Of a stretch of 64,000 nucleotides of DNA, positions 41,948 through 55,990 are shown one piece after another. This stretch comes from Eledone cirrhosa (Eukaryota): the NCBI GenBank assembly GCA_964016885.1, contig OZ024746.1, positions 6,510,001 to 6,574,000 on the forward strand, written 5' to 3'. The translations under genes and the position numbers were made by a program. Positions within the stretch are counted from its first letter, which is position 1. Every line of letters starts with the position of its first letter. The notes beneath the pieces are model-generated. The model made no database searches and was not told where the DNA came from. It saw only the letters and a list, made by a program, of their open reading frames with translations.

Positions 41948-42444
41948 ATTTCATTATGTGTTATTTCATGAAGGAAGTTGAAATTTTTCTGTAGATAATA
42001 AAACCTGATTTCAACTCTGTTTATTCTAGTTTGTTTCTTGAAATAACTTCCAGAAATATTTCTTTAAAAGAATGCCTTGTATTTAAGACACTTTAAGCAG
42101 TAAAGAGTTCTCCTCGATAGACGTACATATGTCTAGAAGTCAATTTATTTATGTTCCTCTCAGGCTTTACATACGTAGCTGGTAAGCTGCTTTGCAGTAT
42201 TATATTCTACATTAACAGTGATTATATTGTTACTCTAAAGGGTTTGGTAAATTATCTATAATCATACATTTGAAACATATCTAGAAAAATATACTTCTTT
42301 GTCAGTATTCATCGAAACTTACTCACATCCTATTTTCCTGATAACTAACACTTATTTTATCGATATCTGTGAAATGAGGTACAAGATTCAAATCTGTGAT
42401 AGTTTTACTGGGAACCAATTATTCTCATTTCTTTGTTATAGATA

Positions 42445-42766
42445 TAACTGGCACTCCGTCGGTTACAACGAAGAGTGTTCCAGCTGATCTGATCAACGGA
42501 ACAGCCTGCTCGTGAAATTAACGTGCAAGTGGCTGAGAATTTCACAGACGCACGTACCGTTACCTAGTTCTCATTGAGATTCAGCTGGACACAGAATGTG
42601 ACAAGGCTGACCCTTCAAATTACAGGTACAATTTTTGCCAGCTAAGTGGACTGGAGCAATATGAAATAAAGTGTCTTGCTCAAGGAGACAACGCGCCACC
42701 GGGAATCGAACTCACAAACTTATGATTGTGAGCTGAATACATTAACCCCAAAGCCATGAGCCTTCG
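42445..42766 (-). mobile_element. tRNA-derived SINE family 2
   Basis: B box gagttcgattccc and ccttgagcaagacactt core on the minus strand; TSD tgttatagata (42434-42444 / 42767-42777). Confidence 0.8.
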
Positions 42767-42960
42767 TGTTATAGATACGTAACACAAGATAACATTGTAA
42801 GACTTTAGAAAAGATGCTTTCAATTAGAAACTAATCTAATATTAGTATTTTATCATCCACAAAAGAATAAAAGGCGGAGTCTAGTGCACCATTATTTAAA
42901 CTCAGAACACAGAGAACCATTACTAAACATCCCAAAACCATTTCTGTTTTTTACAACTAC

Positions 42961-43767
42961 ATTGTCTCTAAAGTGTCAAGTCAGGAGGCTCAATGACACT
43001 GTCTCTAAAGTCTCAAGTCAGGAGATTCAACCACACTGTCTTTAAAGTCTCAGAAGGTTCAACCACACTGTCTCTAAAGTCTCAAGTTAGGAGGTTCAAC
43101 CACACTGTCTTTAACGTCTCAGAAGATTCAACCACACTGTCTCTAAAGTCTCAAGTCAGGAGATTCAACCACACTGTCTTTAAAGTCTCAGAAGGTTCAA
43201 CCACACTGTCTCTAAAGTCTCAAGTCAGGAGATTCAACCACACTGTCTTTAAAGTCTCAGAAGATTCAACCACACTGTCTCTAAAGTCTCAAGTCAGGAG
43301 ATTCAACCACACTGTCTTTAAAGTCTCAGAAGGTTCAACCACACTGTCTTTAAAGTCTCAAGTCAGGAGGTTCAACCACACTGTCTTTAAAGTCTCAGAA
43401 GGTTCAACCACACTGTCTTTAAAGTCTCAAGTCAGGAGGTTCAACCACACTGTCTTTAAAGTCTCAGAAGGTTCAACCACACTGTCTTTAAAGTCTCAAG
43501 TCAGGAGGTTCAACCACACTGTCTTTAAAGTCTCAGAAGGTTCAACCACACTGTCTCTAAAGTCTCAAGTCAGGAGATTCAACGACACTGTCTCTAAAAT
43601 CTCAAGTTAGAAGGTCCAACGACACTGTCTCTAAAGTCTCAAGTTAGAAGATTCAACGACACTGTCTCTAAAATTTCAAGTCACAAGGTTCAACCACACT
43701 GTCTCTAAAATTTCAAGTCACAAGGTTCAACGACACTGTCTCTAAAGTTTCAAAGAAGGAGGCTCAA
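42961..43767. repeat. Minisatellite with a 69-bp higher-order unit (37+32 bp), ending in 37-bp monomers
   Basis: ttcaaccacactgtctctaaagtctcaagtcaggaga alternates with ttcaaccacactgtctttaaagtctcagaagg. Confidence 0.95.
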
Positions 43768-43799
43768 TAGTTCGGTGCTTATCCTGGTTAAAACGGACT

Positions 43800-44624
43800 T
43801 ACGAGGAGGTGCGTAAAAGTTCCTGGTTCGGGGTAAAAGAAAATACAGGGGGATCAGTTAATTATGATATTATTCAACATATTCCCCTCTCAGATTTATA
43901 CCCTTATTGCAGCGGTCCTATCTCCCCTGTAAAGGTAACATCTCTACCCTTTCACAATCCTACCTCCCCAGTAAAAGTAACAACTCTATCATTTCACAGT
44001 CCTACCTCCCCTGTAAAGATAACATTTCTACCCTTTCAGAGTCCTACCCCCCCCCCTGTAAAGGTAAGATCTCTACCCTTTCACAGTCCTACCTCCCCTG
44101 TAAAGGTAACATATCTACCCTTTCACCGTCCTACCTCCCCTTTAAAGGTAACATCTCTACCCTTTCACTCCTACCTCCCCTGTAAAGGTAACATATCTAC
44201 CCTTTCACCGTCCTACCTCCCCTGTAAAGGTAACATATCTACCCTTTCACCGTCCTACCTCCCCTTTAAAGGTAACATATCTACCCTTTCACTGTCCTAC
44301 CTCCCCTGTAAAGGTAACAACTCTACCCTTTCACTGTCCTACCTCCCCTGTAAAGGTAACATCTCTACCCTTTCACAGTCCTACCTCCCCTGTAAAGGTA
44401 ACAGCCATGCCCTTTCACAGTCCTACCTCCTCTGCAAAGGTAACATATCTACCCTTTCACCGTCCTACCTCCCCTGTAAAGGTAACATATCTACCCTTTC
44501 ACAATCCTACCTCTCCAGTAAAGGTAACATCTCTACCGTTTCACAGTCCTACATCCCCTGTAAAGGTAACAGCTCTACCTTTTCATGATACCCTTAAAGC
44601 CAGAAACTTTTCAACGCGCTTCGT
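43800..44624. mobile_element. Mariner-type MITE containing a 42-bp minisatellite (~16 copies, 43916-44585)
   Basis: Imperfect TIRs tacgaggaggtgcgtaaaagttcctgg / ccagaaacttttcaacgcgcttcgta with TA ends; unit cctacctcccctgtaaaggtaacatctctaccctttcacagt. Confidence 0.75.
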
Positions 44625-46309
44625 ACGTATATGTAGACTATGTTAACACGATCCACATTTGATCTGACAGTCAGCTATGAGACACGCTTGTGTGGTTGTG
44701 TTATAGGAATATGTATTGAATGCATTCGAAAGTTGTATATTCCATAGGTCAATGTACTAAAATCTCTTGAACTGAGAATGTATATGATATAATGCTAGAA
44801 GTTTAGTTAATGCTGTTTTAATTTGAACAGACATATCGAATATATTAATTTATAACCTTTACGTTAGTTTCTAAGAAAGTAATTATCAGTCGTTTCATTT
44901 GATATCATCACACATTTATCTAATATTTTTGATGTTCATAGAACGAATGTACATTTTAATTCAGTTAACTAAATAAGATACAACACTTTTCGTTTACACA
45001 AAAAGTACATTTCAAAAGAAATGGAATTTTAATTCAATAAAGTTCATTTCTTCTTCAAGGATATAAGCGAACCTGCATCTCTATTTAGTTATCTCTAATG
45101 AGTTTAAATCCCGCTGAGCTCATCTTTTCTTTTCATACTGAATCCAAATTAAGTTTTAGTTCCGATACAATTGATACTACTTTACATCTGTGACCTCGCA
45201 CCATGTTCAAAGTCAACAGATATCTAGCAGAATAGATTTCACAGAAAAGGCATAAAACCTACTAAAATCCCTTCTGTATTTTGTAGCGCCTATGTAATTT
45301 ATTTCCAACTTTTGACTGCGTTATATTTGGTCACTTTGGGGCACATCGAATAAGAATAAGTAATATGTATACATGTGGTTAACTATATATATACTTTGAT
45401 TGAAATAAGCATTATTGAACATCCACTCAAGCTGTACGAGAAAGAATCAGCTCCTGCCGAGAAAGAATCAACTCTTGCTGAGGTGTCTCAAGAAACTGTT
45501 CGGATATTTGATTGGTGCAAGTTATATACACATGCGTCGCTTATGTCCTTCGGAAAGTTGTTAAATGTCTCATTTCCATTTACGATACAGATCTTTTGTG
45601 TCTAGAGCATAACCCAATGTAGTATAATATCTATTATCGATAAAAATGGAGTAAAGCAAGCAGTATTTATAAAGAAATTCCAATTCTAGATTAGAGATAT
45701 TTCATTTTGATATTTCAGACTGATAATTTCATATATCAGATTTCTTACTGTATCCAGAATTTTAGAATATGCAATGTAGCGCAATAGTGATGCATGATCT
45801 TTAGCTATAGCATGTTATTGCTTTCGTTGCTATAATTGTAACCGGAAAAGTGATATATGCAGAATATCAAATACTGATGTTCCATTTCTAGTTTTAATAA
45901 AATGGGAATTTAGCGGTGTCATTCGTTTAAGATGTTTTATGAGGTGACAAGCAATAAATGTCATATTTATGTGTTTATCTTCTATTATTTGATATATATT
46001 CCATTCCCCATTCAAATAATTTTCGAATGTGATTGTGAATTATCTATATTTTGTGGATTCAATCAAGTCGTAAACAGTTTTCTTAAGCACAGAATTATGA
46101 ATGGATTTCACTATATATTACATACATAATATTTCATTCATACAGTAATGTAGCGTTTGAAGATCTAATAGAAAACTCAGTTAATCCTCATTATTATCAG
46201 TTGGCAACATAGAAACACCTCCCAAACATCGCAATATGTTTAAGTATGGTTTTACAGTATCCCAATATTTGACCCACTACCTTCCTCGTTTCAAAATATT
46301 AAGCATTAA

Positions 46310-46550
46310 TGTATTTTAAGGTTTACAAATGGAAAGATGAAGAGGTCACAGCTCTGGTACTATGGACATGTGGTTAGAAAGAATTGCTGGACAGATTTTA
46401 CAGGCAAAACCAACAAGCATGGGTAGACCTGAGCAAGATGGTTGGATAACATCCATGAGCTATTAGGCAACGGAGTGCTATTGTGAAAATTGTTGTTTGG
46501 AAAAGAGTGTCTTTCCATTTGCTTACGACTCAATTGACGTGGAGAGAGAA
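46310..46550 (+). mobile_element. RTE-type LINE 3' remnant
   Basis: W.YGHVVR...GRP..RWLDNI-like remnants. Confidence 0.55.
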
Positions 46551-46836
46551 GTATAGTTTATTGAATAAGCCCCATCACTTTATCTATAATATTTATTGAT
46601 TAAGGAGTGTCAAAAGACAAAATTGAATTCACAGTATATCATGCTGAAATTAATTTCCCTAACATTTCCAGGCGCTTTATCAATGCTGTTTTTATCACCA
46701 TTTACAATGATGATAGGAATAGTCTTCAATATGCCAAACTTCGGTGATCAATACCCAATATCTATTTATTAAAATACATCCTTCCTCTTATGATAGGTCT
46801 AGCTTTCAATATGCCAAATTTCGGTGATCAATAAGA

Positions 46837-46872
<36 letters not shown>

Positions 46873-46892
46873 AGTTTTATATAGAAATGGCT

Positions 46893-48043
46893 TCCAGTAT
46901 TTTTTTCCCCCTGGTAAAATGGTGTACATTATTCGATTTTTTTCAGTAAAATCGGTTCTCTTAATAGAACATCAAAAAACTTAACAATAAAAGGTGTGAA
47001 ATGATATTCACTATATATATATATACACATACATATATTCACTATATATACATATATACATACATATACACATATACATATACATATATATATATATATA
47101 CATACACATATATTTTTTTGTGTTGCACCATAGAGCATGTGTGTTTACGTATGTCATTGTGTTTATATGTGGGTAGAGATGTGTGCTGATGTAGGTATGT
47201 ATGTTGACGTGTGTATGTTGTGGGTTCGTCTTAGGGAGAAGTGTTTAGACGGGGTCCGTATTTGTTAATGAAGTAAGATTCCTTGCTGGTGCGCTGGGTG
47301 TGGGTGGCATTATCTTTAAATTTGTAGATGGGAAAGATTCTGAAGTTGGGATGATTTTGGGCGGCACAGGTATCAATGTGTTCACTCAGTGGTATTTTCC
47401 TGTATTCCCGTATTTTAATTTGGGATCTATGGACAGTCATGCGTTGGCGGAGGCTGTTTTTGGTCTGGCCTATGTATTGTTCTCGACAACCTGAGCAAGT
47501 TAATACATATATTAGATTTTCCGATGCACATGTGAAATTGTGTTTTACTATAAAACGTTGTCCATCTTTGAAATAGAATTCCGAACCCTCTATTAGGTTG
47601 ATGCAAATGCCACAGTTGGGTCTATCGCATTTTTTTACTGTGGGTTTCGTTGTTGTGGTTGGCAGTACTTTGGCATGTGTTAGGATGTTTTTCATTGACT
47701 TGGATTGTCTTTTGCTCTTTATGATATCGTGTGTTCGTAGATTTTTGATGTTCTATTAAGAGAACCGATTTTACTGAAAATCGAATAATGTACACCATTT
47801 TACCAGGGGGAAAAAATACTGGTCCACCCACACACACACACACATACACATATATACACACACACATACACACGCGTACATTAACATACAAAGAGACTTA
47901 TACACACACACACACGCGCGCGCGCGCGCGCACTTCTCCGTATAAGACAAAAGCTGAAAAATATCTTTTGACATGCTAAAATACCCCCCATTGCTTTCAG
48001 ACACATTCTTACTGACCATCCCTGCTACCACGAATTACTCTGC

Positions 48044-48088
<45 letters not shown>

Positions 48089-48154
48089 ATCTTAATAGCC
48101 ATTTGACACACATCCCTGCTAACCATTATCACAACATCGAACACCTTACTACTA

Positions 48155-48190
<36 letters not shown>

Positions 48191-48716
48191 TTGTTGTGAA
48201 AGAGTCATTTCTCAATCTTGGCGCAAAACCAATTTTTTATTCACATGACCTCTACCGACCAATCAAAATTGTTTTGACCACAAGAATTTTTGCAAACACC
48301 AAGTAGCGCTGGAGCCACTTTTTTAACATAAAAATAGTTTTGGCGCAAAATCAATTTTTTACATTCACATGACCTCTACCGACCAATCAAAATTGTTTTG
48401 ACCACAAGAATTTTTGCAACACCAAAGTAACGTTGGAGCCACTTTTTTAACATAAAAACAGGTAGAATTCCTAAAACTAATCAGATCAGAGCAAACAGCA
48501 CGGACACTCTATCTCAAAATTATTTTTGAAAAGCATTTAGAAATGCGCAACCGGTAAAAACTTAAAAACTTAAAACCACAACTGAATACTAACCCATACA
48601 ATCACTAATACTCTTTTATTCCTAATTAAACCATTTTTCAACTGTGAACAATTTGTCAGCATTTTCTATTCCGTTTACCAATATATAATAACTTGTGTGT
48701 TACACCTCTATTCTTT

Positions 48717-48720
<4 letters not shown>
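46893..48720. mobile_element. Rearranged Penelope-like element: minus-strand GIY-YIG (47231-47695) inside ~88-bp inverted repeats, then a plus-strand tail with variant HHR
   Basis: CDRPNCGIC...NLIYVLTC...YIGQT..LRQRMTVH; inverted repeats 46893-46979 / 47742-47822; tail 48480-48690 matches 25980-26170. Confidence 0.82.
48523..48559 (+). ncRNA. HHR-like motif, U3-A8 plus GCAA; also at 26018-26055
   Basis: TTT-TTGAAAA-GCATTT AG AAATGC-GCAA-CCGG-TA-AAA. Confidence 0.55.
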
Positions 48721-48763
<43 letters not shown>

Positions 48764-49099
48764 TCCGTCCTGTCATATATTCATATATAGAATATAACAA
48801 GTGTTGTATTTCATATCACAACTTATTAAAGATACTTGTTAAATAAACTACACATGTTATTATAAAACCTAAATTACTTGTAATATATTCAAATTTTAAT
48901 GTAAATTAGTGCATTATAATTAATATCTCAAAGATATTCTTTCGAAATCAAAGCATAAGAGATTTTAATTAGTGATGTCAAACGTGGACAGTTTTGGAAG
49001 GCATAACGTCAAAACATTGGTAAATTAGTTGTAAATCAGAAGGAATCGAAAAAAGTGCTCTAAGAAATAAATATTAATGTAGATTTAAATATCTAGTTT

Positions 49100-49590
49100 A
49101 TGATGATTGGAATGATGATGGTGATGATGGTGATGGTGGTGATGATGGTGATGGTGGTGATGGTGGTGTTTGATGGTGATGGTGGTGATGGTGGTGTTTG
49201 ATGGTGACGACGACGACGACGACGACGATGATGATAATGATTTTGATGAACATAATGATGGTGGTGATGATGGTGATGATAATGATGTTGATAGTGTCGA
49301 CGACGGCAACGACGAAGATGACGATGATGATGATGACGATGATGCTGATGATAATTATGATGATGAAATAATGTCTCTTTATCCATTAACAAGACACGAA
49401 ACAATAATGGAGGAGGAGGAGGAGGATGAGGAGGTGGATGAGAAGGATGAGGAAGAGGATGATGATGATGATGATGATGATGGCTGTAATTGTGATGATG
49501 ATGATGATGATGAGGAGGAGGAGGAGGAGGAGGAGGAGGAGGAGGAGGAGGAGGAGGAGGAGGAGGAGGAGGAGGAGGTGGAGGGGTGAT
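49100..49590. repeat. (GAT/GGT/GAC/GAG)n compound trinucleotide tract, intronic
   Basis: Seen directly. Confidence 0.92.
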
Positions 49591-49687
49591 TGATAATACT
49601 ATTTCTGCTGTTTATATACTACGATGTAATAGTTTCTAACTAGAGGAAGTCAGTTTATAATGATATATGGTGTGAAATATATATATA

Positions 49688-49870
49688 ATTGTTTCTACTT
49701 TAGGCACAAGGCCAGCAATTACCCAGTACATTACTGGTACTTTATTTTATCGACCCCGTAAGGATGAAAGGCAAAGTTAACCTCGGCGGGATTTGAACTC
49801 AGACCATAAAGGGCCGTAACTCTGTGCTTCAAAGCATGGTGTCCGACTCTACCGATACTGCCAATCCACC
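49688..49870 (-). mobile_element. SINE family 1 copy, intronic
   Basis: Same consensus. Confidence 0.85.
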
Positions 49871-50209
49871 ATAAAATATATATATAATGATATATGATAT
49901 GAAATATATATTCTTGTTTATAATAGACATTAAAGCGTCCTCGATATCTTCTCGTCTAAATGAATTTCATATTAATGAACTTTCCAGTTTATTCGTTCCA
50001 TTACACATTTTTTCAGCATGGTAGATTTAATTCATTACCAGGTCTAACACGATTGTCTGGTTTTGAGGAGGTTTAGCAAAGTACACGCTCTTGCAATTAG
50101 GACCCCGGTCTAAAGGCAACTCACTCCATTCCGTAATTCAATCATAGAAGCCTTGGCAAGGACTATAGTGCTGCTCTCGATCGTAAAGTATTACAATAAA
50201 CTATCTTAC

Positions 50210-50325
50210 CTTGTATCCTTGGATGGGATCTTCATTGTTCTTATAACCAACTCCACGGAATGTAACACGGGCGGTATCCGGACCATGAGAATAAATATGT
50301 ATTTCAATCGGATATTTTAAAGGAG
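50210..50325 (-). CDS. Contactin-like FN3 protein, exon D (PPLKYPIEIHIYSHGPDTARVTFRGVGYKNNEDPIQGYK); absent from the ORF track
   Basis: Acceptor tttcaacag, donor gtaaga; 116 nt, phase 1 to 0; hand translation is open and bridges exons C and E in frame. Confidence 0.88.
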
Positions 50326-50341
50326 CTGTTGAAATAATAAT

Positions 50342-50440
50342 GGTTTCTTATATAGGCACAGGGCCAGCAATTTTGGGGGAGGGGAAAGTCGATTAAATCG
50401 ACCCCAGTGCATGACTGGTACTTTATTTATCAGTCACACA
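50342..50440 (-). mobile_element. Truncated SINE next to the exon D acceptor
   Basis: SINE 3' half; TSD gttgaaataataat (50328-50341 / 50441-50454). Confidence 0.8.
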
Positions 50441-51429
50441 GTTGAAATAATAATAGCACTTAAGCAGTTTTTGCTAGCGAATAATTGATAGGTACTAACA
50501 TGCACTTAATAACATGTTACATATTCAGCCATTAGTTTTAAGTGAGAGTTATCAAAGCTTATTTTTATCTAATTCATTTTACTGTAACCTGTTTTATTAA
50601 TTACATAATTGCATTCATTCTAAATCATATTTAGAAGGCATGCTTAATGTCTAGACAGTGCAATACGATTGCTTACGTTTTGCATAAACCGAATATTATA
50701 TCTACGCTAATACAATAAGGCAGCAACACCTTCAATGCGATTATTTTTCTCCTATAAATAAAATAATGCATTATTGGGTGAATTGCTACGAAAGGATATT
50801 TAAAATAATTATCTGAAAAATATTCATATAGACTTAAATTCTCCAATAATATTACTTAACAATGCCGTGTTCTTTTGGAAGCCAATGTTTAAAGAGCAAA
50901 CCTAGGAGTGGAATCCATGTCAAACTTCTAGTTATCTAAAGTCCGATAAATATATACAGAAAGCTTTAGCGTGGTTTACAAAACTGAGAGAAAATTGTAC
51001 GTTGATAAATATATACAGAAGACCTTAGCGGGGTGGAGAAAACCGAGTTCGTACCTTAAAATCCTGTCGTGGTTGGCTTTCGTTGTTATCAGTTTGTGTT
51101 TGATAACATAAGAGAGAGAGTTAAACATTGGATGCATTCCATTATTTATGCAGTCTTACCGTAGTAGTTTCTTTATCAAACCCCACTAATTTTATGTCTT
51201 ATATATATCCATATCTATCTGTCCATCTCTCTCTCTCTATATATATATATATATGAGCAAGTATGACCCCGACGGCAGAGCTCAAGCCGTTTCGACGGCT
51301 ATTTCTGGACTAAAGTAAGAGAACTCTTACTTTCTCCTCATACTTTCTCCCATTACCCACTCTACTACCCTAAGTATTGAGTACTCTGGTGCGTTATGGT
51401 CCATCTGGTTCCTTACCACAACTCCTTCG

Positions 51430-51558
<129 letters not shown>

Positions 51559-51763
51559 CAGAGAGGGGAAGAGAGAGACAGAAAGAGAGAAAGGAAATGA
51601 CAAAGAAATATAGAAGAAGAATAGACACCAATACTTGACTGGTACTATCGACCTCGAAAGGATGAAAAGTACCAGTTAAGTACTGAGTTCGATTCTCTTT
51701 TTCAATATATTAGTGAACTATATATGTGTATAATAAGTCAATATACTATATAGAAATACTTAC

Positions 51764-51950
51764 GATCACTTCCAGTTTTACCCAAATACTTTTCACTTAG
51801 ATCACTAAGTCCTGCGGTATTGAACACCTGTACTGTTACCCAATAGTAACCATTTGGCTTTAATCCGATGATCATCGCTGAAGACATTTGACCAAAAAAT
51901 GATTCAAAGTAGGTTGGTGCATTTTCAATATCTCGATCAAAGTAATTGAC
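51764..51950 (-). CDS. Contactin-like FN3 protein, exon C (VNYFDRD...GLKPNGYYWVTVQVFNTAGLSDLSEKYLGKTGSD)
   Basis: Acceptor ttgcag, donor gtaagt; 187 nt, phase 0 to 1; FN3 C-half with GLKPxxxY. Confidence 0.9.
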
Positions 51951-51973
51951 CTGCAATATATAATTAAGAAATA

Positions 51974-52160
51974 ATTGTTTCTACTTTTGGCACAAGGCCA
52001 GCATTTATCTCAGTGTATTACTGGTACTTTATTTTACGACCCCGTAAGGATGAAAGGCAAAGTTAACCTCGGCGGGATTTGAACTCAGACCATAAAGGGC
52101 CGTAACTTTTTGCTGCAAAGCATGGCGTCCGACCCTCTACCGATACTGCCAATCCACCAT
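51974..52160 (-). mobile_element. SINE family 1 copy next to the exon C acceptor
   Basis: Same consensus; TSD attaagaaataa (51963-51974 / 52166-52177). Confidence 0.85.
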
Positions 52161-53379
52161 ACGTCATTAAGAAATAACACCACCTCGCCCTAGGCATAGA
52201 TCCCATCACCTTCCCCTTCTCCTCCCATTCTTCTGTGACCCTAAAGCCCTTGTCTTTCCCTTCCTTTTCCGTTTTTAATTATTAATAAAGATTTGTATTA
52301 TGTTAATCACTAAAATGCATAATTATTAGAATGATATTCTAGAAGGAATGTTTAATATATGATATTACGATTTGGCGCGATGTCGGTACTTCGTGTGGGT
52401 TTTATTTTTTTTTTTTTTTTGTTTACATGACCTAATATGGTAAATGTCGCTTGGTGACAACATTGATTGAATTTCGGCAAAGATGTTTCATGATATTTAG
52501 TCATACCCTTCTTCTGATTTCAGATTCCACTAAGATCAACCTTAACCTTTCCCTTCGTTGTCAATAAAACAAACACCAGCTTGAAGGGATGAATCAACTA
52601 TTGTCCCCTTTAAAATGTGCTGAAATCCTAATTTATTGTGCGGAATAAAATGAATCTTTTATATTCTTAGGTTCTTCTATCGGGGAAGAAATGGATCATT
52701 GTTTTGAGTTCAATCCAAATAATATTTTCTTGAAATTTCTGAAAGTTAGATGTTGCCGAGAAAAGATCGCCCGAGGAGATGCAGGGAGCATTATGAAGAG
52801 TGAACTAAGTTTAGCTTTTGTTTTTTTTTTAAATATAATGATGATGTGATAAGGATGAAAAGGTGCAGAGGTAGAAGAATGCAATATTGATTAACATTCA
52901 TCATACCTTAAAGGTAGAATTTTCAAAATGGTTTCAAGTTTACATAATTGAGTTCTGAATTTGTAAATACTATTTCAATCTTTAGTTTGAAGTCATAAAA
53001 TGATTAACAGAATGTTTCATAACTTCAGATTATAATATTCTATGTATATTTCCAAATGATATGCTGTCGGGTATTACAGAAAGATAAGAGAAACTGAGAA
53101 AGTTGGGAAGATTTTATATTTCTTAACAGATTTTGTTTGCTTTTTGATAAATTTTATTGATCGTATCCAGCGGCACGTTTTGAAGAAAATACGATTCACT
53201 TTAACAGGCAGAAATTATATTTCGTGTTGCTACATGCCAGTATTAAAATTTATTTAAAGAGAAAAATCTACTTAGTTATTTATTTGAATAACATTTATTT
53301 AATGTAATAAAGTTACTGCTGCTCATATCTTGATAAAATAATATGCTTATACTAGTTAATTCTACATACAAGTACTTAC

Positions 53380-53501
53380 TTGATATCCTTGGACAACCCC
53401 TTTCATGTCTTCGTGTGACTCAGGTACAGGCGTCCACGATACAATTACAGCAGTACCGTTATATGTAGCCACACTTACATCTTTTGGAGTCACTTTAGGC
53501 A
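53380..53501 (-). CDS. Contactin-like FN3 protein, exon B (PKVTPKDVSVATYNGTAVIVSWTPVPESHEDMKGVVQGYQ)
   Basis: Acceptor ccttacag, donor gtaagt; 122 nt, phase 1 to 0; FN3 N-half with VSW and GY motifs. Confidence 0.9.
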
Positions 53502-53832
53502 CTGTAAGGCAGATATATTCTATAAGTGTTTGGCATCTAGTTTCATCATCAGATTCATAGTTTTGTAATAATTGAGAAAATATAAATATCCTCAAACACA
53601 AAAACGCTTTCCTTGATTTCAACTTTTATTAAAAAAAAATAAAAAAATTAAAAAAAAGACACCTACCGAAATAGAATTTGCGAAATTTATGAAATTGAAA
53701 ATGTTTGTATGACATATTAAGGATTTTGAAAACTGACTGAAAGGCAAACATTTGTAATAAATTATTTAATAAGTCTCGAGATCTAGGTGGGTGTAGATTT
53801 CAACAGTGGATGAAGAATGACATTACTAAATA

Positions 53833-54315
53833 TTGTTTCTACTTTTGACACAAGACCAGCAATTACCCAGTGCATTACTGGTACTTTATTTTATCGACCC
53901 CGTAAGGATGAAAGGCAAAGTTAACCTCAGCGGGATTTGAACTCAGAATGGCAAGGGCCATAACTCTATGCGTCAAAGCATGGCGTCAGATCCTCTACCG
54001 ATACTGCCAATCCACCGCCCCTAAATATTACCAGGTATCCAATGCAACACACATTAGAATGCTACTAATATGTTCAGGCTGAAGCCTCCCTACTCATTAA
54101 ATTATTTTGTTTATTTCCACAGTTAATTGATGTAAATCAATAATTGTTTCTACTTTTGGCACAAGGCCAGCAATTACCCAGAACATTACTGGTACTTTAT
54201 TTTATCGACCCCGTATGGATGAAAGGCAAAGTCTTTGAACTCAGATCGTAAAGGGACGTAACTCTATGCTAGAAAGCATGTCCAACCCTCTACCAATACT
54301 GCCAATTCACCGCCC
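53833..54315 (-). mobile_element. Two SINE family 1 copies (53833-54020, 54143-54315)
   Basis: Same consensus; second copy has TSD ttgatgtaaatcaataat. Confidence 0.85.
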
Positions 54316-55545
54316 TTTGATGTAAATCAATAATGAAATCTAGGTTTTGGTATACATGCATTATCGAACTAAGGCTTCGAACTAAGGCTTCGTTTTGCTC
54401 CTGCATAAATTAGTTAGAAACATGTTTAAGGGAACTAAAATAGAAATATTAAATTTAGAGTTTGTAATTTAGTTTAATTTTAGAAAATAGGGAAACCTTA
54501 TCATTAAACTCTTGATATAATTGAATAGCAAAACGGTTTATAAATCATCTCATTGTAGAAGATATATCTACGAAACTACTTCAAAACCCATTTTAAGTGC
54601 TTAATTTATTTATATATGTTGTTCAGCATGTTACTGTATGATCTGATATCTTTGCCATATTGATAAGTGCTGAGATCAATACTTTCATTTTATATTGTTT
54701 AATACATAACATCACAACGGGAGGAAATCACAGAGAAAAATATGTGTGACGAAAGAACTAACTGTTGGTCAATCAATGATAAACATTGATTGCCAGCTAA
54801 ATTATATAAAAATATAAAGATATACTGAACTAAAGTGAAAACCAAACCAAACAGTGTGTTTTATTCTTATTATTGGCAATATTAGAACATGAGCCTCCCT
54901 AAATATAACATCACAACATAGCTTTGAATGTTTTACTGAGCAGGATATTTCTAATCATTAAAATATTGCATAGATTAAGCTGTCGCCTATTGACTCGTGA
55001 AATTTTAGTTGAGCTGTAAGACAAAGTTGTTATAAGGTTTTGAATTTTGATAGTAATAATTTAGGAAGTAATAACATTCGTACCCCAGTTTTAAAAGAAA
55101 TTTATTCGTAGAGATCAGGGGTCATTAGGTTTTACATTCTATTGTTCTCGTTTATTGTTTTCAGTATTTGAATGGAAAATGTTTAATCTAAATATTTCTT
55201 TTTGGAGCCCAGGAATTCACAGGAAGGTACATTTCGTTACAGCAGGAAATCATATGAAAGTAAGTTTGAATTTTTTTACAACAGCCAAATCTTTATTTCC
55301 CTTTACAAAGGACTTACTAGCAGTTCAAATGTGTACACAAGTTCTTGTTGTTTTCATTGTGTTCGTAGTCACAATTATTGTTTATAATTTTACTACAGAA
55401 TTTTTACGAAATTCAGTTTTTTTAAATTACTATTTATAGGTTATTTGATTACTAGCATAGATTTGAATATATTTATTTCATAAATTATTTTGTTTGAAAG
55501 CAAGCAGCAAACGAGCAGACTTACAGATTTAATTTCTAGACAATT

Positions 55546-55990
55546 GCGAGGTACACTCAAGAAGTTTTGAGAGTTTCATCAGAAAGATATTTATTTAGCT
55601 CAGATCAACACAAAACCCTAGTCTCCCTTAAAGTAGGATCCTGCAACTTCAATGCACTTGTTGTAGCGATCCAGCCGCTTTTGGGAGGCTTCCTTGTTGT
55701 CCTTCAAAGTGGAGGTCTTCAGGGCCTTGTCACAGCATCCTGTATCCACATCCCCAAAGCGGATACCTCTGAGCTCGAAGTCGGCTGGAGCTACATCTGG
55801 ACGGTAGGGAAGATGAGAAACAGTCTTGATCCCCATATCTGCCAGATAGATGGTCACCAGGATGGATTTGTGACACGGAGCATTGTTCTGGTGCAGATTA
55901 AAGAGTTCTGGTCTCTTTTGACGAAATCTTTTTCTAAACTGCCTCAAAACCTCTACATAGTACACTGTTGTCACTACCAAAGTCCTACCA
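55546..55990 (-). mobile_element. Mariner transposase C-terminal fragment, decayed
   Basis: YYVEVL...KRPEL..LHQNNAPCH...PYRPDVAPADF (YSPDLAPxD-like); TIR-like end near 55546. Confidence 0.85.

Noticed and set aside
42961-44624. CRISPR-like appearance and repetitive ORFs (205 aa, 259 aa)
   Set aside because: No unique spacers or cas genes, eukaryotic context; the ORFs stay open only because unit lengths are multiples of 3.
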